NCBI GenBank assembly: GCA_963669175.1
Contig: OY769902.1
Coordinates: forward strand, 4,160,001-4,224,000
DNA length: 64,000 nucleotides
Source of the DNA: a bacterium
Lineage (GTDB): Bacteria; Electryoneota; Electryoneia; Electryoneales; Electryoneaceae
Reading direction: 5' to 3'
The position numbers and the translations under genes were made by a program. How positions within the stretch are numbered: the first letter of the stretch is position 1; each line of letters opens with the position of its first letter. Shown in pieces: positions 51,201 to 59,473 of the stretch. The notes beneath the pieces were generated by a model. The model saw nothing but the letters and a program-made list of their open reading frames with translations. It had not been told where the DNA came from and ran no database searches.

Positions 51201-51476
51201 GATCGTTTCCCGGTATTGCTGAACGATGGTACCCTCCTGCTGATCAATCCTGTGGACGGCGCAGAAGTAAACCGTACTCAGCTTCCCTTCGCGGCATGGA
51301 TCGACCGGACAGCATTGCTTGGAAATACGTTCTACGGATCCATCGAAGGTCGCATCCTCGGCTGGAACATCGCATCCGGTTCCGCCGCTTCTCCGGTCCT
51401 GTTCCTGCTGATTGGCGCTGGTGGTATGCTGGCGCTTTGCCTGGTGGGGATGGTGCTGATGCGGAAACGGGGGTAA
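48276..51476 (+). CDS. Large exported protein with PQQ-like beta-propeller segments, PDZ-like domain and C-terminal TM anchor
   Basis: Signal peptide; AARADMRTGDIIRSVNG PDZ pattern; hydrophobic tail plus RKRG. Confidence 0.75.
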   Translation: MKRFAFILLLAYCIPLLAADTKYPVTYYRAVDSLRTNLVADSLYRYADYDQQMKHWERADTLAQKGLATLDTLQNLLDWTYRGSDEAIAAAMLGMRVAVITRPMGKPELNRIEFHNPATDELLIVYDPAPWLVDETIGFVQTDKNTTIFETWPKVDGYRVTTFSHSRLDGGFQVIREGRTIIRALPDKRDRIWLLEYDADQTVHLVLYNADSKRFAQVKTFHEYSPLAFKPPSRAYNDGWVLIDMDELYFLDPLAGRCDKLMNLPFIAVSEDQFSGWTFSAMRDNDLHLLKFKPRPPVYKHVILPDAIPAERNGLSAKVNDFGAYLANVQDDSLSLYNILGDEASLESRHSALRRHGFMLLDGLEWFGHLLLHYGRNGLRVYNGSNLIFADSANGDQVGVIEPLEGMLWAHRAPDFLYCVDLNTKDTLWHSSLKLSPARHMARLNDGWLALNNNYLDYRVVDFANGNELLRQPVPGPMVFSYLPLDESVLLNGPGGAFLRYLPIRRDLRADLVELRARGLNVLGDTTQALDLATQAFILGEPLKEWAHNGLLKRYKGQRLTRESLQFVGQAAIRTGDPGWTKILNRGGAEFFSPAVLSGFNHLIPTGKGVMAMPSLTPKDYLTGEYGWHASFVLGPKFDSYGELQQRFLTSYAIQIPDGYILFSFERRSQNRPVYDGLAWLLNSSGSIKPLGKLDIAALSEQFPPSSDMVAGGIVPTLSNPDGDKILVNFWRFGFSEDVHPLFTACIDLTGGGKNWTDTTSVSPVFAGGQWYAHEISGEEIVYVAPHGQAARADMRTGDIIRSVNGYPVMACQRYSDLIATLPRGATYTVQVESPKGEQYTAELVKSYTGFESLPEQTLVELNQKNATHSNPMKLPAGYLLMAANEDGHLVYKYQDSLLFVDPVAQSMQRVTLPGISDTDLLTSPGMYDIAVFGNPSAGRFLGINLAASAVDSQRVVWRKTFGPLRNLPPLNEAADRFPVLLNDGTLLLINPVDGAEVNRTQLPFAAWIDRTALLGNTFYGSIEGRILGWNIASGSAASPVLFLLIGAGGMLALCLVGMVLMRKRG

Positions 51477-51535
51477 GAAATAGTCTGACTTCAATAAGTC
51501 GGATATGACGCATAACTTTGTTATGAATGAATCCC

Positions 51536-51752
51536 ATCCCCCCGAAGGGGTATAACAAGAATAGCGCGGATCGTCAGCCCCGGGAAAGAAATGTTGCCCT
51601 CCTTTATCGATCCTGAAGGGATCGCACATTTTTCCTAATAATAGTTGTAATCACTGTTATAGATGTGTGTACCCTTCGGGGACAAGAAAATGTCGTATCA
51701 CATTTCCCCGGCACTTACGTACCGCGCTATTCAAATGGTTCACCTGCGGTGA
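51536..51752. repeat. REP-like palindromic cluster
   Basis: ccccgaagggg, gaatagcgcgg...ccgcgctattc, gatcctgaagggatc, cccttcgggg. Confidence 0.7.
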
Positions 51753-51920
51753 ACTTCAGTCGTTATCTGGCTAATATTGTAAGACATTTACAATAGAATC
51801 ATGGATATTCATTGATCCGGAACCGCTCAAGGGATCCTATTATAAATCTGCAAATCGCCTCAAACACATTGTCTTTTCAGGGTGTATCCCCTCTTGCCGC
51901 TTTGAGATCGACGGTTTACA

Positions 51921-54900
51921 TTGTGTAAACTTCGTTGCAGAACCGGAGGGGCGGTGGATTCGGAAACTCGCAGTACGCCTGAAAAGGATATAATCATACA
52001 GGGAAAGAGCAAACCGGTACGGAATATCCTCCTCCCTGCGATTCCGTTTCTGCTGGCGTTTCAGGTAGCAGTGTTCATCGTCCTTGCCAACCTGGATAAG
52101 CTGGTAACTCTTTCACCGGACACATATCCGCATATCCTGCATCCTGTTTCCAGCGATTTTCCCTGTGACACTCTGCTAAGTGACGTCCGTTTTCTCGAAG
52201 ACTCGAGCTACAGTTATATCAGCGTATACCGTGAATTCAGTACCGAATGCCTGGTGCTTGACCCGTTTTTTGACGTCCAAAGTCATCTGGACCTGGGGCA
52301 ACAGGTACCCTGGAAAAGTGTATCCAGCGTGGACAGTGATGGTGACGGCCTCGATGAACTGGTATACGCGAAAATCTTCACCGAATCCTCGCAAGCTGAT
52401 CCGTTTTCCAGCAATATCGACAGTGTGCAGTTATGCGCGATGGATGCAACCGGTAAACTGGTCATCTTTGACCGTCTACGACCGGAACGTATCGAAGGAT
52501 TCCCACGCAACACGAACAAGTCCTTCCGTAGTCTCAACCTGTTCTGGCCGACTCAACCGGATGGGATTCACCCTGCTCAATCAGCTGACTATTTCATCCT
52601 TTCCTCAGGTGATGATGCCTCGGAAGAACCCTTTCGTCAACTACGAATCTATCGCAAAGGGACACCCCCTCGACTGGCCGCTGTGGTTCGTGTGCCCATG
52701 ACTGTACGTTCAGGAAAATGGCAGCGTCTCCCGGATGGACGCAGCCTCTTCACCTGTACTGGGATACCGCTCGCGTTTGGAACCACTGTCCCGGTAAAAT
52801 TTCTTTCACCGGACGGCGTATCTCACGAGACAATCCTGTCCGATGCCAACAGCTACACAATGCAGATCGATGATCATGGCAATATGCTCTGGGCGCGTGA
52901 GCTCGGCGTTGCTATCGGGGAAAGCAGGCTGTTGCCGCAGGCTGACGATGTCAACACGATACAAATTGCCTGGCAGACACTGGAACCACGCTCTTCTCCT
53001 GCGCCTGTATCATGTCTGTATACGATGGACTGGCTGACCGGTGTGGTGCGCGATTCCTTGAATTCCGATCATAGCCTGTTGCCTGTTGCCGGATGGACCT
53101 TGTCAGCTCCGCCGGTCTCATTATACCAGTCACAAACGGAAGTAATCATTCAACCGGAATACGCTTCGGGAAAGGAACCGGTATCACTGCCAATCTCCGT
53201 CCAACCGCCTGTACTACTTTCGGGTACGGATCGGGATCACCCGCTGTTCATTCTGAACGGGACTGACAAGCGGATTCGTTTGGTGAGCACAGACGGTATT
53301 GAGCAGGCATGCCAGGATGGTGGACGGGCATTCACGCCTCTCCCCTTCGCTCATCGCATTCAACCAACCAATGATATTCCGGTGGTTTCTGACAGCCGCA
53401 TTCAGCTTCATCGCCTTTCTCCAAATCCATCCTCGCTGTGGATGTGGAAACGGTATCAGTGGGCAATTCTACTGCTAATCCCGACTCCGTTGATCCTGCT
53501 GGGGGTGTATTTCTTTATCCGCTATCGTGCAGAGCGAAGCAAGGTCAAGAAGCAGAAGGAAGTTTATTACCAGACACTCGAACTCAGGGTAAAACTGCGC
53601 ACCCATGAGCTGGAAGACGCCAACGAGAAGCTCTACGCTGAAATCGATGCCCGGAAGATCGCCGAAGATACGGTCCTGGCCCAGCATGAGCACCTGGAAT
53701 CCATCTTTCACGGTGTCCAGTATGGCCTGCTTACCGTAGATCGTGACATGAAGGTGAATAAGGTGAACCAGGCGTTTTCCGAGATGCATGGCAAGCCGGT
53801 TTCATCTCTGGAAAACCTGGTTCTTACCGATATCCTGACCGGGCATGACAAGGCATTGTCCCACCTGGTTAAAAATGCCTTCAACGGGAAACAGGCGCAG
53901 GTAACTGATTTTGAACTGGAAGTCGATCTCCCTGCCGGCGATAATCGTCTGCTCCAGGTTCACCCGACAGTACTCAAAGACAGTAAGGGTGCGGTGTCTG
54001 AGTTGCTGCTGACCATGCGTGATGTCACTCATTTGCATCGTTTGCAGCAGATCGTCGAAGAGCGTTATCAGTATCGAAATATCATCGGACATTCCTCACG
54101 GATGCAGGAAGTATTTCAACTGCTGGAAGACCTTTCCAATTCACTCTCAACTGTGCTGATCACCGGGGACAGCGGCACAGGGAAAGAACTGGTCGCCTCC
54201 GCCCTGCATTACGGCTCGAAGCGATCTGAAGGCCCCTTTGTGAAAGTGAATTGTTCGGCGCTGTCAGAAACACTACTGGAAAGCGAATTGTTCGGGCATA
54301 TCAAGGGCGCTTTTACCGGCGCGACTCGTGACAAGGCAGGGCTTTTCCAGGTGGCGCGCGGTGGCACCATCTTCCTCGATGAAATAGGCGACATCTCGCC
54401 CAAGATGCAGGTCAGCCTGTTGCGCGTATTGCAGGAAGGTGAATTTCAACGGGTTGGCGATACCAAGACGTTGAAAACAGATGCCCGCATCATTGCAGCC
54501 ACCAACCGTAACCTGAAAAAGAAAATTCAGGACGAAACCTTCCGGGAAGATTTGTACTACCGTCTGAATGTCGTAGCGATTGAACTTCCACCCCTGCGTG
54601 AACGACGTGAAGATATCCCTCTGCTGGTTGAGCATTATATGCTTCATTTCAACCGTCAGATGCAGCGCAGTATCAAGGGCATAGACGATGACGCGCTGGA
54701 ATTGCTGATGCAACACGACTGGCCGGGAAACATACGTGAGCTGCAAAATATTCTCGAAAGAGCGTATATCGTATGCCGTAGTGATATGCTGCGTATCGCT
54801 CATTTCCCGGCGGAACTGAGGGCGGAACCTCTCCTGCGCGGTACAACAGGCCATGATATCGGACGTAGAGCAGCGGGGCCGGATCCGGACGAACTGGACG

Positions 54901-55034
54901 ATGAAGCGGCCTATATTCTCGAGATACTTGAAGCCTGCGTCTGGAACGTATCTGAGGCCGCACGCAGGCTCGATATCAGCCGTCAGGCGCTTCATAAGAA
55001 AATGAAGAAGTACAACCTGCAACGCCCTGTATAG
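51921..55034 (+). CDS. Membrane-anchored sigma-54 enhancer-binding protein (extracytoplasmic domain-TM-PAS-AAA+-Fis HTH)
   Basis: GDSGTGKE, ESELFGHIKGAFTGA, FLDEIGD, WPGNIREL, C-terminal HTH; two TM segments; start uncertain. Confidence 0.9.
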   Translation: MCKLRCRTGGAVDSETRSTPEKDIIIQGKSKPVRNILLPAIPFLLAFQVAVFIVLANLDKLVTLSPDTYPHILHPVSSDFPCDTLLSDVRFLEDSSYSYISVYREFSTECLVLDPFFDVQSHLDLGQQVPWKSVSSVDSDGDGLDELVYAKIFTESSQADPFSSNIDSVQLCAMDATGKLVIFDRLRPERIEGFPRNTNKSFRSLNLFWPTQPDGIHPAQSADYFILSSGDDASEEPFRQLRIYRKGTPPRLAAVVRVPMTVRSGKWQRLPDGRSLFTCTGIPLAFGTTVPVKFLSPDGVSHETILSDANSYTMQIDDHGNMLWARELGVAIGESRLLPQADDVNTIQIAWQTLEPRSSPAPVSCLYTMDWLTGVVRDSLNSDHSLLPVAGWTLSAPPVSLYQSQTEVIIQPEYASGKEPVSLPISVQPPVLLSGTDRDHPLFILNGTDKRIRLVSTDGIEQACQDGGRAFTPLPFAHRIQPTNDIPVVSDSRIQLHRLSPNPSSLWMWKRYQWAILLLIPTPLILLGVYFFIRYRAERSKVKKQKEVYYQTLELRVKLRTHELEDANEKLYAEIDARKIAEDTVLAQHEHLESIFHGVQYGLLTVDRDMKVNKVNQAFSEMHGKPVSSLENLVLTDILTGHDKALSHLVKNAFNGKQAQVTDFELEVDLPAGDNRLLQVHPTVLKDSKGAVSELLLTMRDVTHLHRLQQIVEERYQYRNIIGHSSRMQEVFQLLEDLSNSLSTVLITGDSGTGKELVASALHYGSKRSEGPFVKVNCSALSETLLESELFGHIKGAFTGATRDKAGLFQVARGGTIFLDEIGDISPKMQVSLLRVLQEGEFQRVGDTKTLKTDARIIAATNRNLKKKIQDETFREDLYYRLNVVAIELPPLRERREDIPLLVEHYMLHFNRQMQRSIKGIDDDALELLMQHDWPGNIRELQNILERAYIVCRSDMLRIAHFPAELRAEPLLRGTTGHDIGRRAAGPDPDELDDEAAYILEILEACVWNVSEAARRLDISRQALHKKMKKYNLQRPV

Positions 55035-55160
55035 AAGCCAAATCCGGTTGACAACCTGTAAACTTACCCGCTTGTTCCTCTTCTTCAGTTGACAGTTCAA
55101 GGCGATCCATTCTATCCGTAAGATTTTATTTTTCTAACACATACTCGCATCATAGAGGAC

Positions 55161-55176
55161 TGGCCTACAGCTTGCT
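55161..55176 (+). promoter_or_regulatory. Sigma-54 (-24/-12) promoter
   Basis: TGGCCTACAGCTTGCT gives GG-N10-GC, about 70 bp upstream of ATG 55248. Confidence 0.7.
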
Positions 55177-55247
55177 TTTTCCCTTCCAAAGACCAAATCC
55201 ATTTTGCGTACTCGCATATGGTAACTGTTTCAAGGAAGGAGGCAACC

Positions 55248-56237
55248 ATGTCTTCAGCAATTGCGGGATTTCCCAGGGAGCTGCAGGCACATCTGACTGA
55301 CAGGCTTGACGCAACATACTGGATCACATTTGCGATCAATTTTATCCTGTTCTTCGGTTTGTTCGGCTATCTTCAATCCGTCCCCCCAAAACCGATGTCC
55401 GAGGCTGATCTGAGGAGGTACATGCAGGCTTTATACCGTGTCACTCCGTCAGCCCCGCAGCCCCAGACAACAGAGACACTGGCCGAAAGCGGCGCGGCGA
55501 TGGACGAGCCGGTTGCGGATGATATGCCTGATGCGGATGAATTACGGAGAATGACCGCGGCTGCGGCGCAGGAACGTATGGAAAGAATCTCGCAGGAACG
55601 TGCCGCCCGCATTCAGCAGGCCCAGGCTCAGGCGCGTGAACACGCCATCTTTGCTCATGCAGCAGGTGTGGGACGTGGCAATGCAGGCGCACGTGGTCAT
55701 GCGGCGCGTCAGCTTTCCGGTGGTGGCGTTCGTGGGGTTAGTTTGCAGAACATGCGTGGGGTAGCCGCGAACAACCGTCAGATCGAAGCGGTGAACACTT
55801 TGCGTGCCGGTGGCGCCTTGACTGAAGGCGCTGCGGGACCGGCTGGCGGCGAGCTGGACCTGGTGGAAATCGAACGCATTCTCAGCGCGGCGGGAATTGA
55901 ACTGGATGCACCTCCGGAAGTGGCCTCTGCCAAGGGCGGAGTATCATCGCGCAGTTCCGAGGAAATCCGTTCCCAAGTGCAAAATAATTCGGCTGCGATG
56001 CGAAACTGCTACATCAACCAGAAGCGTTCTGATCCACGTTTGACCGGACGTGTTACAGTACAATACCAGATCCGTGCCGATGGTTCCGTGGGTAATATCC
56101 GCTGTGCAAACCAGCGCTGGTCCAATCCGGGTCTGGGAAAGCTTGTGGAAAACTGCCTGAGAAGCCAGATCAGCCGCTGGCACTTCTCCCCGTCCAGTGA
56201 GACCACAGAAGCATCGTTCTCGCTGAATTTCATTTGA
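55248..56237 (+). CDS. AgmX/PglI (TonB C-terminal-like) domain membrane protein
   Basis: AAGGAGG RBS; single TM, Gly/Ala-rich linker, MRNCY...DPRLTGRVTVQYQIRADGSV...C..SQISRWHF. Confidence 0.8.
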   Translation: MSSAIAGFPRELQAHLTDRLDATYWITFAINFILFFGLFGYLQSVPPKPMSEADLRRYMQALYRVTPSAPQPQTTETLAESGAAMDEPVADDMPDADELRRMTAAAAQERMERISQERAARIQQAQAQAREHAIFAHAAGVGRGNAGARGHAARQLSGGGVRGVSLQNMRGVAANNRQIEAVNTLRAGGALTEGAAGPAGGELDLVEIERILSAAGIELDAPPEVASAKGGVSSRSSEEIRSQVQNNSAAMRNCYINQKRSDPRLTGRVTVQYQIRADGSVGNIRCANQRWSNPGLGKLVENCLRSQISRWHFSPSSETTEASFSLNFI

Positions 56238-56264
56238 GTGGTACTGGTAGGATGTATTAGAAAG

Positions 56265-56430
56265 ACTCGCTTGGCCCGACTGCTTGCTGTCGGGAATTAC
56301 GATAGGCATGTCAAGTTTCTCCGGCCAAACATGGCCGGGCTACTCGCTTGGCCCGACTGCTTGCAGTCGGAAATCACGATTGGCATGTCACGTTTCCCCG
56401 GCCAAGCATGGCCGGGCTACTCGCTTGGTC
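56265..56430. repeat. 77-bp tandem repeat (just over two copies) with internal hairpins
   Basis: actcgcttgg at 56265, 56342 and 56419; ccggcca..catggccgg and ccgactgcttgcagtcgg. Confidence 0.85.
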
Positions 56431-56538
56431 GGGAATCCATACCGCCTAAAAGTGCACGATGCGAAACAGGGACAGCCCGCCTCGGATTTGTCCCTGTTTT
56501 TTTATCAAAAAATTTGTTTCACTACATGGAAGTTCCAA

Positions 56539-57339
56539 CTACTTCAGAATAATCATCTGTTTCACTGCGGGTTGATTATCCCCGGCCTGCAAGGACAGGT
56601 AATAGGAACCACTGGCAACCGGGACACCGGAATCGGATTTCCCATCCCAGAATAACTGGTGAGTTCCTGCAGTATAAGTCTGGTTCGCCAGGTCACGGAC
56701 CAAGCGTCCCTCAATGGAATACACCTGCAACTTTACATTCATCGGGGATTCCAGAGAAAAAGATACTCGTCCTCCGGCATTGGTCGGGTTCGGCCAGGGC
56801 GCGGCAAGGTTTACGGCGTCTGGTAGCGTGTATGAACCGGACTCGGCCAGGGCTGTGCTTCCATCCGTGCTGTAGACATAGTGAACCTGATCACCGTCTA
56901 CGAAAGCCTCGACATCCATCTCCAGTTCGCCATCTGAATCAAAATCCGCAACCCACATGTAATAGGATGACGCCTGTGGATCAGACAGTGCGAAATAGAC
57001 TTCACCATTTGACATGTCAATAATGTCAAGATGAGCTTCATTATTCACACTATAGCAGAGATAGATATCACACAAATTGTCCCCTGTGACATCATACCAG
57101 GTGCTGTAATGGCGGCAGTCGTTACTTACTGGTATGGACCAGACCGGGGTATCACCAAAGGTGGCATCCATAACGGATAACACTCCCGTTTCGATACACG
57201 ACCATCGGTATTCAGTCTCCGTGTATCGCAAGAATTTTCCGCCATTATCATAATCTGCAGAGGTCCAGATAAGCTCTGGCTGGGCAAGAACTATAAGCGG
57301 AAAAAGCAGAATAAAGAGCATGTATGCGCATCGTTTCAT
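56539..57339 (-). CDS. Secreted protein with FlgD-Ig/T9SS-like C-terminal domain
   Basis: Signal peptide, DxDxDG motifs, PWPNP...WDGKSDSGVPVASGSYY. Confidence 0.85.
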   Translation of the reverse strand: MKRCAYMLFILLFPLIVLAQPELIWTSADYDNGGKFLRYTETEYRWSCIETGVLSVMDATFGDTPVWSIPVSNDCRHYSTWYDVTGDNLCDIYLCYSVNNEAHLDIIDMSNGEVYFALSDPQASSYYMWVADFDSDGELEMDVEAFVDGDQVHYVYSTDGSTALAESGSYTLPDAVNLAAPWPNPTNAGGRVSFSLESPMNVKLQVYSIEGRLVRDLANQTYTAGTHQLFWDGKSDSGVPVASGSYYLSLQAGDNQPAVKQMIILK

Positions 57340-57342
57340 GGT

Positions 57343-57996
57343 TCACCTCTGGGAATATGAGTTGGGTGCAGGAGTACAGAAAAAACAGGTCGTGGGAATG
57401 CCTTGAGCATCAAACATGGTATAGGATTCAAAGACTGGTTTGCTGTCCACTATGCCATATGCGACACCAGCAGCTAGTGTTTCAACCGTTACACCATCTT
57501 CAACAACACGATATACGCGAGTGAATCCTATCCCAGTCATGGGATTTTGGAAAGACACATAGATTTCGTTCAAGCCATCGTCATCAATATCAGCGATATT
57601 CAGGTCTTCAGTATTGATCACCATACCATTTTCTGATGCTGTTAAGTATTCAAAATGGTTTTGCATCGACATAAAACGAATACCCACTAAATTATAGTCA
57701 TCATCAACAGCTCCAAGCAAAATATCTCTAATACCATCATTATTTCCGTCATTCATTCCAATCCATGTGTACCTTTCATCTATTTCGGACGGGATTGTAT
57801 TTTCGACTGTTGTACCATAAGCCTGATCCATGACATAAATATTATCAGAATCCGTATATATGAGACGGTATTCTTCGCTTGAATACTGTGCAAAGGATGA
57901 AGGCCCAGGCATGGATGTGTATTCAAGTTCTGGTTGCGGGAGAACATTGCTGATGAAAAGAATCAGCAGGGCTATAACAGGCAGGATACGTCGCAT
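57343..57996 (-). CDS. Secreted protein, paralog of the downstream gene lacking the CTD
   Basis: QPELEYTS vs QPELIWTS, IADIDDDGLNE vs VADFDSDGELE; GGAGG before ATG 57996. Confidence 0.75.
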   Translation of the reverse strand: MRRILPVIALLILFISNVLPQPELEYTSMPGPSSFAQYSSEEYRLIYTDSDNIYVMDQAYGTTVENTIPSEIDERYTWIGMNDGNNDGIRDILLGAVDDDYNLVGIRFMSMQNHFEYLTASENGMVINTEDLNIADIDDDGLNEIYVSFQNPMTGIGFTRVYRVVEDGVTVETLAAGVAYGIVDSKPVFESYTMFDAQGIPTTCFFCTPAPNSYSQR

Positions 57997-58050
57997 TGGC
58001 ACCTCCATTGTTGGGTATGATTTTGAAAAGTAAGAAGCATCGTTCTGATT

Positions 58051-59353
58051 CACTGCTGTCCGGTTAATTGAGCATTGTTCTTGATTGCTGTTTTCGTTTT
58101 TGTTTTTCGATATCGCTTGTTCTTTGAAAGTCTTGCCACGCTTTGGCTACAGGGATACAGATCAGCAGATGTGTGCTGATAAATACCAAGAGTTGATGAG
58201 TAGTGATTGCCTCGTCGGCGTTCTTTTGCAACACTCTTAGCAGGAGAAAGACGATCATGGCAACCCAGATTTGCGACATCACTGCATTTTCGGATGTCCC
58301 CAGAAAAGACTTGATTTTCAGGTTCTGTTTCACCCATTTGAAGAACAGTTCAATCTGCCAGCGTTGCTTGTAGAGCTGCGCAATGGTCAACGCGTCTATT
58401 TCCAACAAGTTTGTCAGAAACCACAATTCCTTTTTTGTTTCCGGATCGGTGAAGTGTACCAGGCGCAAGGGATCAGGATAGTGGTCTGCCGGGGTTCCGT
58501 CAAAATGACCAATCCAGTCACCACGGACACCTGTTCCGGCTTCCACCTTTCGTTTTTCGGTCCATTCAAAGCCGACGTTGCTTTTCATGCGTGTGACGAA
58601 AAAGGCCTGGTTGCGATTGATCCTGGCAAACCAGGCGCTGTCGAAGTAGCCACGGTCAACCAGATAGGTTGTGCCTGACGTAATGGGCATGGTTCGCGCC
58701 GCCCCGATATCGCTGACCTTGCCGTCGGTGATGACAATGTCTTGTGGAATAAGCCCGTCATGATCCAGTAGGGTGTGCAGTTTCAGAGCACCTTTTGTTG
58801 TGCGGTATTTTGCCCAGGGCAACCGTTCCAGGCATACCGGAATCAGCGTGCTGTCAAGCGAAAGAAGTTTACCGGGAACGGGAAAATCATGCTTGGAAAA
58901 CCTGTCACAGAAAAGGGCGAATAATGCCTGAAACAGTTCGTAGTAAAATCGCCAGTTAATCCGCTTGTTCGCTTCTGCCAGGGTCGACTTCTTTACATTG
59001 ACCAAGGGGTCCATTGAGAACAGGGATGCCGTTGCATGCTGAATATCGCGTGTCGACTTCAATCCCGCCAACTGTGCGAACATCAGAACCGCAAAATGGG
59101 TGGATGCCGTAAACACAGAGGCATATTTATCAACATGATACTTCGTGGCAAGCTTGTCAAAGAGCTCGTTGGGTACAAGCTTTTGTATCTGCATCAATAC
59201 GGTTGTAGATTGAGCCATGACTTGCATCCTCCGTTGATGAGAATGTGTGTGCAAACTCAATCTTACCAACGGTACCTTGTGATGCAAGTCTTTATTATTA
59301 TACAATCTCCGGGATAGTTACACGAAATCGTGATAACCTACCGGACAGCAGTG
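58051..59353. mobile_element. IS4-family insertion sequence, 1303 bp
   Basis: 14-bp perfect IR CACTGCTGTCCGGT; 9-bp TSD GTTCTGATT at 58042-58050 and 59354-59362. Confidence 0.95.
58064..59218 (-). CDS. IS4 family DDE transposase (DUF4372-like N-terminus)
   Basis: LDST, KLHTL, VDRGY, YKQRWQIELFFKWVKQ (YREK motif). Confidence 0.95.
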   Translation of the reverse strand: MAQSTTVLMQIQKLVPNELFDKLATKYHVDKYASVFTASTHFAVLMFAQLAGLKSTRDIQHATASLFSMDPLVNVKKSTLAEANKRINWRFYYELFQALFALFCDRFSKHDFPVPGKLLSLDSTLIPVCLERLPWAKYRTTKGALKLHTLLDHDGLIPQDIVITDGKVSDIGAARTMPITSGTTYLVDRGYFDSAWFARINRNQAFFVTRMKSNVGFEWTEKRKVEAGTGVRGDWIGHFDGTPADHYPDPLRLVHFTDPETKKELWFLTNLLEIDALTIAQLYKQRWQIELFFKWVKQNLKIKSFLGTSENAVMSQIWVAMIVFLLLRVLQKNADEAITTHQLLVFISTHLLICIPVAKAWQDFQRTSDIEKQKRKQQSRTMLN

Positions 59354-59473
59354 GTTCTGATTACAAACACACAGAGAGTCGAAATATTTATTCCATTACG
59401 TTTGTAAAAAACCCGGAAAAGATCGTACTCGATCAATCCCGGGCTGAGAATACAAAACATCGCAAAAAAGACA

